From: Paraspadella gotoi
Taxonomy: Eukaryota > Animalia > Chaetognatha
Direction of reading: 5' to 3'
DNA length: 64,000 nt
NCBI GenBank assembly: GCA_051294375.1
Contig: CM119270.1
Location: 3,774,301-3,838,300, forward strand
This document shows, in pieces, positions 40,165 to 53,250 of this stretch (position 1 is the stretch's first letter; every line of letters begins with the position of its first letter). A program made the translations under genes and the position numbers. The notes beneath the pieces are model-generated. The model did not search any database. It was not told where the DNA came from and saw only the letters and a list, made by a program, of their open reading frames with translations.

Positions 40165-40962
40165 TCGTCTCTCTCTGTGTTCCCCCTTCCTCTTGCTGAG
40201 GCTTTTCGCAGGCTGTGGCTGGTGGGGGGGGGGCGGAGGGGGATTTTTTTACAGGTAATCCGCAGGCAGCGAAAGAGGGTACATGTTTGTGAATTCTCCC
40301 TACAACGCGAACATTTTTTTTTTTTTGAATGCCTGATTGTTTTCGATTTCAAAATCTACGCGATAATTCAATCGAACAATACAGAGGTTGCTTTTTTATT
40401 CCAAACTTCTCTGGCAGATATTTTTAAGTGAATTTCGTTTAAATTTTAGTTATTAAAACCATATATTTTTATGAACATATTATAGTTTATTATATCCATA
40501 CTGTATGTGTACTACTTTTTAAACGCTGAAGGATGACGGGATTTCAAGTAATTATTCACTGACTCACGCAAACGAACACAAGTAAGTCTAAGGATGGCGA
40601 AAGCTGCCAACGACGATAATCATTGATAGAAATCAGTGAGTGACGAGGCCGAAAGAATAGGGGCAGAAAAAAGAGGTGATCAACGTTGACAGATGCAAAG
40701 AGAGTTGGAAAACAGTGACTAGGTGCGGGGAAAGTGGTGATGAATTGAGAATTGCGCGGCAGATGAGTCGCCAGGTGGAGAGGCTGAAGCGTTGGTTTTG
40801 GGCAAATATCGAAGGGTCGCGTGACAAAAGTAATCATGCTGCTCTATACTGGTCACAGGAGCAAACAAAAGGTGACAGCAGGATTCACGTGACATTCTTT
40901 CATTCACATTGACCGAGCGCCCCGCTATTCGAGTCTCNNNNNNNNNNNNNNNNNNNNNNNNN

Positions 40963-40994
<32 letters not shown>

Positions 40995-41189
40995 CTTCCT
41001 TCTCTCTCTCCCTCTTTCTCGTAAATGATAAGCAAATAGTGACAGCAACAGACTGGAAATTGGAGAGAAAAAAAAAGAGAGAAAATGTTGACTCAGAAAA
41101 AAAGATGTGCTGCTCTTCGAATGAGGTTCTAAGATTGGCTCGCGAAAAGCATTTCCCCGATAACATCGAGAATGACATTGGAGGGGAGA

Positions 41190-41244
<55 letters not shown>

Positions 41245-41252
41245 ATGAGAGA

Positions 41253-41291
<39 letters not shown>

Positions 41292-41508
41292 TGAGAGAGT
41301 CAAAAGTTAACGAGAAAAAAGAAAGATTTTTAATAAAAATTCGAAATAAACAAAACAGATGATTTTTTTTTCATTCATCAAATGAATTAAGTTTCGAACA
41401 GATGACCAGTCGTTTTTTTCTTCATGAATAATGGATAAAAAATGCTTTTTAAATTTAATATTATTGAAATATTTGACTGTTATGGTGAGTGAGCGGGGAT
41501 GGAGAGGA

Positions 41509-41579
<71 letters not shown>

Positions 41580-43243
41580 AGAGAGAGAAAAGAGAGAGAG
41601 AGGAGAGAGAGAGAGAGAGACATAAAGCTAAACTCTCGATTATGACGTGATGCGTCTAAAAAATAACTACGTTGGGGCGTAAAATCTCACAACGATTCGG
41701 TCTCATCCAACACGACTTTTCGGTGCAAAAAATGGGGGGGGACAACGACGATGACGACGACGCGACGACGAAGCCGACAACGAGACGACGACGCCGAAGG
41801 CAGATGTTTCCCGCGTTTAGGTTTGACTCGTTCACCTGAAGGTGATCACAAATTGGGTTTAAAGGGAAGGGAGCACCTCGGTGAGTAATTGAGTTAGGCT
41901 GACGAATGGCGGGAGGCGCCTCTTCGCTGCTGCTCGCTTTAGCCATTTACTACTATAAGTATAACCAAATTAATCATAAAATTTATATTTTTATTCTATT
42001 CTTTTAGACTTTTTGTTAATAGTTTTTAATAATTTTTTCATTAATTTAATTTTAATTTAAAAAAAATAATTTTTTTATTCAAAATTAAAAAAGGTAAAAT
42101 AATTTTTTTTTTCTTGTTTATGAGAAATTTTTAAATATATTTTACAAAATATTGAACAATGTAGAAATATAGAAAATTAGAAAATGAAATATTATTAAAA
42201 TAGCAATTTTATGTATAAAACAAACATTTAAACTTTTATAAAACTATAGTAATTTTTTTTAATGAGCAGTCTTTTCTGTAAATGTAGATTCACAAAGGAT
42301 TTACAAAATGAGCCTCATTGTCAGTCCGACAAATCGGTGCGACGTATCTCTTCAATCCTTTTATGATTTCACATCTTCTCTTCAATTTTGAAGAAAGTCA
42401 ATTTGGTCAACTGGGCACTTACCACGGGAAGGAGTTTTCGCATTATCAACATGCAAAACATACATAACGCATAGATACATCCTAATAACGACCGATCGTG
42501 ATTGCAATTGTGATGGCAATAAAGGAAATTTCTATAACAAATCGACTCCGATGGCAATGAAGTTTAGTTTTCGTTAAAGATGTTTCACACCTTTTGCTCT
42601 TTTTAGTTCCAATTCACGACTTCGAGAAAAGACACTTTTTTTGTCTTTCTATCGTCTTTGTCTGAATGTTCAGTTCAGTTCAGTTTAAGTTTATGCTAAA
42701 TTCAGAGTAACTTTCGATATAAAGTTATCCATGTTCCTTCGAAGTTCATACTAATATCCAAATTTAGTGTGAGTCTCTACCTTGCTTTTTGGCTTTTTAA
42801 TTTGAAAAAAAAGTTCCACTTCATTCCGTCTTCATTCACGAACCCAAAGAGAAGAAAAACAAGAATTGTAAATTCCAATGGGTTGCGCCCAGTTATTTTG
42901 TAATCGCGTGTGTGTAAAGTAAGCGGTTGGACTAAGAGTTACGCACTGCAGTCGAAATCTATCTTTATTTCTTTATTGTTTTCCTTTAAAAACAAAAGGT
43001 AGCGGCTAGTAGTTGCTTAGATTCGATTTCTCTCGTCGTATGAGCAAAAAATAACAAAAGCGCAACCAACAGAACGGATCGAAAAAAGTCTCTTATGGAG
43101 TTCCTCCGCGAGTCTCTCTGGCGCAAGCTAAAAAGTCTCGACTCCTTCGACCGTCGCTCGCATTGTTTACGTCGTCCCGCCGAAAAAACCCGGCCATAAT
43201 GGTTTCGGTTAATGGTTATGTCAATGTTATATTCAACCGTTAC

Positions 43244-43288
<45 letters not shown>

Positions 43289-43290
43289 CT

Positions 43291-43335
<45 letters not shown>

Positions 43336-45049
43336 TCGACATTCCCAGGGTTTATGACGTGCTTTACCTTCTCCCGTTTCGAATTTTTATTTTTAAGAAC
43401 GCCCCATTTCGACTTTAATTCGGAATTGATATAAATTTAATAAAATATTAGATCGAAACTTTTTGGTTATGGATTAAGGTCAAAAATCAAATTAATGATT
43501 ATGGTTATGTATTAGGTTAGTGATTAGGGTTAAAGATTATGGATTATAAGTTGAGGATTAAGGTTAAAAATCAAAGATTAAAGGATTAGATTAAAGAATA
43601 AGTTAGGGTAATGGCAATATAGTTAGGCATTAAGTTATAATTTTAAATATATTTAGGTAATATTGAAGTTGAAGAGATAGTATAGATTGTTGTGAATTAA
43701 TGACAAAACCATTCAATATAAGCAGTTCCTAGAACTTTGGATCAAGACTGCAATACCGTCTTTATAGGCGGGTTTAAGCGCCCCGTCCCTCTTAACTGCT
43801 AGGCGACCACCGGGTTAGAACCCCGGACCTTTGGGTTGGGAGGCGAATGACCTGCTTCCTGCACCAATAACCACTGATAAACAGTAGATTTTAGTCCACC
43901 ATAATATAGAATTAAATTCTAGGATATAATCAGAAATGGGGAACTCTCGAAAAAGAGAGCCCTCGTCTCTCTCCTCTTCCCCTTCCTCTTCGCTGAGGCT
44001 TTTCGCAGGGCTGGGGCTGGTGGGGGGGGGCGGAGGGGGATTTTTTTACGAGGTAATCCGCAGCAGCGAAAGAGGGTACATGTTTTGAATTCTCCCTACA
44101 ACGCGACATTTTTTTTTTTTGAATGGCCGATTTTTTCGATTTCAAACATCTACGCGATAATTCAGAATACAGATACAGATACAGATGGTTTTTTTTTAAT
44201 TGCCAAACTTCTCTGCAGATATTTTTAAGTGAATTTCGTTTAAATTTTAGTTATTAAAACCATATATTTTTATGACATATTATATTCTAGCTATAATACT
44301 GTATGTCACTACTACTTTTTTAAACGCTGAAGGGACGGGATTTCAGGTCAGATTATCACTGACTCACCCAAGACGTAAGTCTAGAGGACGAAAGCTGCAC
44401 TGACGATTAATCATTGGATTAGAAATCAGGTGACGAGGGCCCAAAAGACAGGTGCAGAAAAAGAGGTGATCACGTGACAGATGCAAAAGAGTTGAAAACA
44501 CGTGACAGGTGGCGGGGAAAGTGGTGATGAATTTGAGAATTGCGGGAAAGATGAGCGCAGGTGGAGAGGCGAAGCGTTGGTTTTGGCAAATATCAGGCGT
44601 CGCGTGACAAAAGATAATCATGTCCTTATACTGTCAGCATGGACAAACAAAAAGGTGACACAGATCACGTGACATTCTTCATCACGTTGACCGGCGCCCG
44701 CTATTCGAGTCTCNNNNNNNNNNNNNNNNNNNNNNNNNAGCGTTGGATAAGAGTACGCACTGCATCGAAATTCTATCTTTTATTCTTTATGTTTCCTTTA
44801 AAAACAAAAGGTAGCGCTAGTAGTTGCTTAGATTCGATGTTCTCTCCGTATGAGCAAAAATAACAAAAGCGCAACCAACAGAACGATCGAAAAAGTCTCT
44901 TATGGAGTTCCTCCGCGAGTACTCTCGGCGCAACTAAAAAGTCTCGAGCTCCTTCGACGTCGCTCGCATTGTTTACGTCGTCGCCGCGAAAAAAAACCGC
45001 CATAATGGTTTCGGTTAATGGTTATGTCAATGTTATATTCAACCGTTAC

Positions 45050-45085
<36 letters not shown>

Positions 45086-48000
45086 TGCTCTCTCGTCTCT
45101 CTCGTCTCTCTCTCGCAACATTGCCAGGGTTTATTGGACGATGTTTACCGCCCTTCTGCTCCCCCGTTTCGATTTTATTGTTGCAACGAACGCCCCCATC
45201 TTCGACTTTAATGTCGGGAATTGGAGATGAAGATTTAATAGAAATAGGTTAGATCGAAACTTTTTGGTTTATCGGTTTATTAAGGTGCATAAGAATACAA
45301 GTCTTAGATGATCCGTATGGTTATGGTAATGAGGTAGTGATTAAGGGGTTAAAGATAATTATGGATTAAAGTGAGGATTAGAGGTTAAGAAATCTAAAGT
45401 TTAAAAGGATTAAGATTAAAGAAGATAGTTACGGGGTAATGGCAATATAAGTTAGCGCATTAAGGGGTTGATAATTTGTAAAATAGTATTTAGGTTAAAT
45501 ATTGAAGTTGACAGGAGATAGTAATCGATTGTTGTGATTAATGGCAAAACCATGTCAATGATAAACAGTTCCAGAACTTTGGATCAAGCTGCAATACGGT
45601 CTTTATAAGGCGGGTTTAAGCGCCCGTCACTTCAGCTGCTGAGGCGACCACCGGTTAGAACCCCGGACCTTTGGGTTGGAGGCGCAATGACTGCTCCCTG
45701 CACCAATCAGCCCAGCTGATAAACAGTAGATTTTAGTCTACCGCATGAATATAGAAATTAAAATTGCTAGGATATAACAGAAATGGGGAACTCTCGGACA
45801 AAAAGAGAGCGCGCCTCCGTCTTCTCTCCTTCCCCTTCCCTCTTCGCGCTGGAGCTTTTGCGCAAAGGGCTGGGGCTGGGTGGGGGGGGCGCAGGGGGTA
45901 TTTTTTTACCGAGGTATCCCGCAGGCAGCGAAAGAGGTAACATGGTTTTGAACTTCATCCCTAAGCAACGGACGAACATTTTTTTTTTTTTGAATGGCCC
46001 GATGTTTTTCGATTTCAAAACATCTACGCGCGATAATTCACTGCAATACAGTATGGTTTTTTTTTATATTGCCAAACTTCTCTGCAGATATTTTTAAGTG
46101 AATTGGTCGTTAAGATTTACGTTATTATACGTGCATAATATTTTATGGACATGATTATATCTCTAGCTATAGATAGTCTGTATGTCTACTACATTTGTTT
46201 AAAACGGCTGAAGGGACCGGGATTTTCAAGGTCAGATTTCTCACTCGATCACCCCAAACGATAACAGCAAGAGAAGTCTAGAGGACGGAAGCTGGAAACG
46301 CGATAATCAGCTTGGATATGAAAAGTCAGGTGACGAAAGGGCCAAATAGACAGGTGCAGAAAAAGAGGTGATACGTGAGCAGAATGGCAAGAAAGGAGTT
46401 GAAGCACGTGACAGGTGGCGGGGAAAGTGGTTGATGAAGTTGGAAGATGTGCGGAAAGATCGAGGCGCAGGTGGAGGAGCGAAGCGTTCGGTTGGCAAAT
46501 ATCAGGCGTCGCGGTGACAAAGATAGATCATGTCCTTATAGCTGTCAGCCCAGGACAAACAAAAAAGGTGACACAGATCACGTGACAATTTCTTCAATCA
46601 CGTGACCGGCGCCCGCTTATTCGAGTCCCACCGTAAAAAAGCAACGGACCGAGGAGAAAAGAGACGAGACTGGAGCTGACTGACCCTTGTGGGTTGATAG
46701 CGAGAACGCAGCTGCGGATCGCGTCGTCCTCGCAAGATCTGGCTGAGCTGGGAACTCTATATCAGCTTTTTATTCTAATTTCTCCTCTCAGTCTCTCATT
46801 CCTCTACTCTCTCTCTACTCGGTCTCAGGTCTGCTTGTCATCTCTGTCAAGCTCTCTCTCTCTCTCTCGGCTCTCTCCGTCTCTACGCTCTCCCCTAAGC
46901 TCCTCCTCAGAGCCAAACAAGAGCGTCGAAATTAAAAGAAGAAAAATTCTTCGCGAATAAAGACTGTAAAAGGCGGCGAGACATACGACGCCCAAGCGGA
47001 CGCCGGTAAATAAAAAGATTAAAGGGCGCCGAGGACGGCCGGCGCGTTGGGCCAGCCGCGAGAGCGAACGCAACGACGGACGACGACCGACGATGAGGAC
47101 GAGAAGCGAGCCGACGAACGGAGCGACGACAGACAGACTTTAAAGCGACGACGTTACGGGGCGAGCAGTCGGGGCTTCGGAGGAGAACGATCGAAGGAGG
47201 AGAAAGGGGACGAAGAGGAGGAGAATTACATAGGGCGTAAGGCAGGGCTCGGGAGGGGAGATGGGAAGGATGGAAGATGAGACGCGAGAGGAGAGAGAAA
47301 GGAGAGAGAGAGAGAAGAGTGAGGAGAGAGAGAGGAAGACGAGGAGAGAGAGAGAAGAGAGACGAGGAGAGAGAACTTTTTCACCATCTTCAGTCACTTC
47401 ACTTCACAAAGTTCACAAAGTAAATCATCGTGTAAGCTATAAGTGACAAAGAAAAGTAAATTAAGAAAACCGAAGAACTGAGCACCGAGGAAGACAAAGT
47501 GATGAGAAATCATCATAATCAGAAGAGTCGTCAGCTATTAGTTATAGGTGCGGCCTTGATTTGTAAGAAGTTTTGTTTCATAATGGATATTTAAGGGATT
47601 ATATAAAAAGAGATCTTAGCAAAATGTGCAAGAGAATGAGATACGCTATTGTTGCACATTTTGCCATTTCGCTCCAATAACTCGTGTTCCGGATAAGATA
47701 CGAGTGGAATGAAGAAAATTCTGCTGAATCTCAGGAAAAATATTCTGGACGTCGAATCAAATATTTATGAATTGTCTTCTTTGTCGAAAAGAACTTTCGC
47801 GCGCAACCAGAATGTTTATACGCTATGGGGGAGCAATGCGTAGAAGAAAATCAAGATAGCCGAACAAATTGGAATGTTGGCGTATAAAACGAAGTAGAGC
47901 CGCGTGAAAGATTATTTACGCATTATTCATCGGATACGGGTCGAAATGACGAACACGACGAAAATTTCTTGCTTTATCAAATTGAGGAGCTTTGGATGCG

Positions 48001-51000
48001 CAGCGATTTTTAGAACGGAGAAAAAAGAAAAATAAAAAGAAAGATTTGAAAGTTTATCTTGCTTAAAGTTACTTTTTGGTTTTCCCTTTTTCAAATTAGC
48101 TCCGGACGGGGAGAAAGATTTGTTTATTTTCGAGAAGAGAAGACAAAAAAGCGAAAAATGAAAAAACGGAAAATTACCGTTTCTTAAAGCGCCGCGAATA
48201 AAAAAAAAGTTGATAGCGGTACCTCATTCCAAGAAGCCGAAAGAGAAAAAGCCAACGAAATAAATTGTAGACAAATTGGGAAAGATGTGTGAAAATTTTT
48301 CAAGCTCGACGGTTTTTAGAATGTCGGTGAAAAGCAGTGAAGAAAGAATATTGAGTTTGAGAGAAACCAGAGAAGTAAGATTTTTAAAAATTAACTCCCT
48401 ATTAATCACAGAAAAAGAAACGAATCTAAAAAAGGAAAAAAATTCTTAATCAAAAAAAAATCCATTAGGCAAGGTGGTAGTATTTTCCCACGTTGTTCTG
48501 TTTTTTTTGTTTGAAATTTTTAAAAAAATCCAAAGCGTTTTTTAAAGTATGTGTAGCAGAGAGATGTAGAACGAATAAAATACTAACCTTGGAAGCGATA
48601 TGAAAAGTTTAGGTTACTTAAATTACCTTTTTTATTTATGTATTTTTTTTTAGCTTATTTATGTATGTTTTTATTTTATTTATTTATTTATTTAATTTAT
48701 TTATTTATTTATTTATTTATTTATTATTATTTATTTTCATTTATTATTGATTAATGTTATTTATTTTTTTTTTTTTTTTTTATTAGTCCTATTTTTATTT
48801 CCTACTTATTTATTTATCTTATGTTAGTTTATTTATTTTTATTATTTATTTTATTTATTCTTTCTTATTTATTTATTTGATTTGATTTAGTAGTTATGGT
48901 CTCATGTTCGATCTCATCTCATTCATGATCAGTTATATCATTCATTCATTCCATTCATTCATTCTTCATTCATCTCATGCGTCATTCCATGGTCATGTTC
49001 TAATTCTTGCAACGAAAACAGTCTACAGTTGATCTCACCTTTCATTTGTTTTATTATTCCGTGTAATCTCTTGGTTTAATTGTGATATATGGTTTACAAT
49101 TTTATCGATATATATGCAGGGTAGATAGATAGTAACGCGAGTAAGCAAACAGTATAATTGAGCGGAATTTCCGAAATGTAGAAATCGCCTGCGAAGAAGA
49201 ACATCAAACGAGACTCTGGTGACGTTATTTCTCGACGCGTCTTCTGGATTCGTTTTCAACATCGAAGAAGAAAAAGAAAAAAACAAAAAAGAAGATTTGG
49301 CAGACGAGAGAGGGAGAAGAGAGAGAGAGAGGGAGAGAGAGAAGAAATAGGAAACTGAGATAGGAAGGAGAGGAGAGAGAGAAGAAGAGGANNNNNNNNN
49401 NNNNNNNNNNNNNNNNAGAACGCCCCATTTCGACTTTAATTCGGAATTAGATAAATTTAATAAAATATTAGATCGAAACTTTTGGTTATGGATTAGGTCA
49501 AAAATCAAATTAATGANNNNNNNNNNNTAATAGGTTAGTGATTAGGGTTAAAATATTATGGATTAAAGTTGAGGATTAAGGTTAAAAATCAAAGATTAAA
49601 GGATTAAGATTAAAGAATAAGTTAGGGTAATGGCAATATAGTTAGCCATTAAGTTATAATTTTAAAAATATATTTAGGTTAAATATTGAAGTTGAAGAGA
49701 TAGTAATGATTGTTGTGAATTAATGACAAAACCATTCAATATAAGCAGTTCCAGAACTTTGGATCANNNNNNNNNNNNNNNNNNNNNNNNNNNNNNNNNN
49801 NNNNNNNNNNNNNNNNNNNNNNNNNNNNNNNNNNNNNNNNNNNNNNNNNNNNNNNNNNNNNNNNNNNNNNNNNNNNNNNNNNNNNNNNNNNNNNNNNNNN
49901 NNNNNNNNNNNNNNNNNNNNNNNNNNNNNNNNNNNNNNNNNNNNNNNNNNNNNNNNNNNNNNNNNNNNNNNNNACAGAAATGGGGAACTCTCGAAAAAGA
50001 GAGCCCTCGTCTCTCCTCTTCCCCTTCCTCTTCGCTGAGGCTTTTCGCAGGGCTGGGGCTGNNNNNNNNNNNNNNNNNNNNNNNNNNNNNNNNNNNNNNN
50101 NNNNNNNNNNNNNNNNNNNNNNNNNNNNNNNNNNNNNNNNNNNNNNNNNNNNNNNNNNNNNNNNNNNNNNNNNNNNNNNNNNNNNNNNNNNNNNNNNNNN
50201 NNNNNNNNNNNNNNNNNNNNNNNNNNNNNNNNNNNNNNNNNNNNNNNNNNNNNNNNNTTTTTTTATTCCAAACTTCTCTGCAGATATTTTTAAGTGAATT
50301 TCGTTTAAATTTAGTTATTATACCATATATTTATATGACATATTATATTCTACTATAATACTGTATGTCTACTACTTTTTAAAACCTGAAGGGACGGGAT
50401 TTCAGGTCAGATTCTCACTGACTCACCCAAACGATACAGCAAGGTAAGTCTAAGGACGAAAGCTGTCAATGACGGTAATCATTGGATAGAAAAGTCAGGT
50501 GACGAGGGCCAAAAGACAGGTGCAGAAAAAGAGGTGATCACGTGACAGATGCAAAGAAAGAGTTGAACACGTGACAGGTGCGGGGAAAGTGGTGATGAAT
50601 TGAGAATTGCGGAAAGATGAGGCATATGGGTGGGAGGAGCCCGAAGCCGGTTGGTTTGAAGTATCAGGCCCGCGGTCGGCTGTTCGCGTGGAGACAAAAC
50701 GAGATTTAAACTCATTGCTAGCCGGTCCCCCCGGTCTCGCGCCGTCTTTTATACTGTTCACAGGGGCAAAACAAATAATCGCCGGTGACACAGATCACGT
50801 GACATTTCTTCATCACGTGACCGGCGCGCCGCGCTATTCGAGTCCCACGTAAAAGCAAGCCAGACGGACCGGCGAGAGAGAAAAGAGACGAGACTGAGCT
50901 GACTGACCTTTGGTTGAGTGAGCAGAAAGCAGAGCTGCGGATCGGCGCGTCCTGCAAGATCGCTGAGCTGGAACTCATATGCCGTTTTCATTTTTCTCTC

Positions 51001-51235
51001 TCTCTCTCGTTCTCTCTCTCTCTCATCTCTCTCTCTCTCTCTCTCTCTCTGCTCTTTCCTCTCTCTCCTCTCTCTCTAACCGCTCCCTCTCTCAGAGCCA
51101 ACACGAGAGCGTCGAAATTAAAAGAAGAAAAAAATTCTTCGAATAAAACTGAAAAGGCGGCGACATACGACGCCCAACGACGCCGGTAATAAAAAGATTA
51201 AGGGCGCCGGGACGCCGCGCGGTTGGCACCGACGA

Positions 51236-51266
<31 letters not shown>

Positions 51267-53250
51267 GGACGAGAAGGAGGACGAAGGAAGCGAAAGATTT
51301 TTAAAGGCGTTAATGGGCGGATGTGGGGCATTCGGGGAAAGGGGGGGGGGGGGAGATGGGAGATGGGGAATGGAACAGGTCGAGATGGGAGAGAGAGAGA
51401 GAGAAGAGAGAGAGAAGAGAGAGAGAAGAGAGAAGAAGGAGAGGAGAGAAGAAGAGAGAGCATAATTTTTACACCATCTTCACTTCATCTTCACACAATT
51501 CACAAACGAAATATCGTTAACCTTATACAAGAAAAGTAAATTAAGAAAACCGAAAACTGAGACCAGGAAACAAAGTGAGAATATCATAACATAAAATGAA
51601 GTTATATTATGTCGCCTTGATTTGTAAAGAAGTTTTTTTCATAATGGATATTTAAGGGATTATATCAAAAAGATTTAGCAAAATGTCACAAATGAAATAC
51701 GCTATTGTTGCATTTTGCATTTCGCTCCAAAACTTTGTCCGATAGAATCGTGTGAAAAAAGAAAATTTGCTGAATCAGGAAAAAAAATTCTGGACGTCGA
51801 TCAAATATTTAGAATTTTCTTCTTTCGTCGAAAAGAACTTTCGCGCACTGAATGTTTATCTATGGGGGACAATGCAGTAAAGAAATCAAGATACCGAAAA
51901 ATTATTTGGCGTATAAAACGATACCGTGAAATTATTCAGCATTATCATCGATACGGTCGAAATACGAACCACGAAATTTCTTCTTTTATCAATTGAGGCT
52001 TAGATGCCCAGGATTTTTAGACGAGAAAAGAAAAATAAAAAAAAAGAAAGATTTTAAAGTTTATTTGACTTAAATTAAACTTTTTTGTTTTCCTTTTCAA
52101 ATTAGCTCCGACGGGAGAAAAATTTGTTTATTTTCGAAAAAGACAAAAAAACCAAAAAAAAACAAACAAAAAACTTGACGATTTCTTTAAGCGCGAAAAA
52201 AAAAAGTTGATGCGTACTAATTCAAAGCCGAAAGAGAAAACCACGAAATAAATTGTAACAAATTCGAAAGATTTGAAATTTATCAACTCCGGTTTTAGAA
52301 TCGTGAAAGATGAAGAAAGAATATTGATTAAGAACAAGAAGTAAATTTTTAAAAAATTAACTCCTAATCAAGAAAAAGAAACGAATTAAAAAAAGGAAAA
52401 AAAATTCTAATCAAGAAAAAAAAATCCATTAGGCAAGTGTGTGTTTTTCCACGTTTTCTGTTTTTTTTTTAAATTTTTTTAAAAAATCCACGTTTTTAAA
52501 TATTGTACAGAGAGATGTAACGAATAAAATAAACTTGGAACGATATAAAAGTTTAGTTTTAAATTACCTTTTTTATTTATCTATTTTTTTTTTACTTATT
52601 TTATTTATTTATTTACTTTTCTTTTTATTTATTTATTTATTATTTATTTTATTTTATTTATTGATTAATTTTAATTTATTTTTTTATTTATTTTTTATTT
52701 ATTTATTTATTTTATTATTTTTACTTTTTTTTTTTTTTTTTATTGTATTTACTTATAATATTTATTTCTTTACTTTATTTTATTGTATTTATTTTATATT
52801 TTTTAATTTTTATTTATTATTTATTTATTTATTTTATTTATTTATTCATTCATTCATCTCTTCATTCATTCAATAATCTTGCAAGAAAAAATCAATTGAT
52901 TCACTTTATTTTTTATTTCGTGTATTTGTTTATTTGTATATGTTTACATTTATACATATACAGGACGAGGGATCTAATATAACGCGCACTAGGCAAAAAA
53001 AACGTATAAAATTACGAAATTCGAATTAAAAATTCCATCGAAAGAAAAATTTCAAAACGAGATCCTTCTTCATTCAAATCGAAAAAAAAGAAGAAAACAA
53101 AAGAGGAAGAATGGAGAGAGGAGAGAGAGGACCAGAGAGAAGAGAGGAGAGGATGAGAGAGAGAGAGAGAGAGAAGAGAGGAGAGCGGAGAGAAGAGAGA
53201 GAGAGAGAGAGAAGAAGGAGAAGAGAGAGAGAGAGAGAGAAGAGAGAGAT
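40963..53250 (+). other. Redundant copies of the 37150-40937 block and its continuation (40963-44713, 44739-49391, 49417-53250), each separated by a 25-N gap
   Basis: The ORF at 37854-38144 is identical to 41656-41946; the first two copies end at the same CCCGCTATTCGAGTCTC; error density rises toward copy ends. Confidence 0.9.
50497..50821. promoter_or_regulatory. E-box cluster: four CACGTGAC (three as ATCACGTGAC) plus several CAGGTG
   Basis: Sites at 50537, 50568, 50794 and 50812, largely retained in the redundant copies (for example 44469-44675). Confidence 0.4.

Noticed and set aside
15771-53250. Genuine tandem segmental duplications
   Set aside because: Every copy boundary coincides with a 25-N gap and differences are read-error-like, apart from one insertion reported as a finding.
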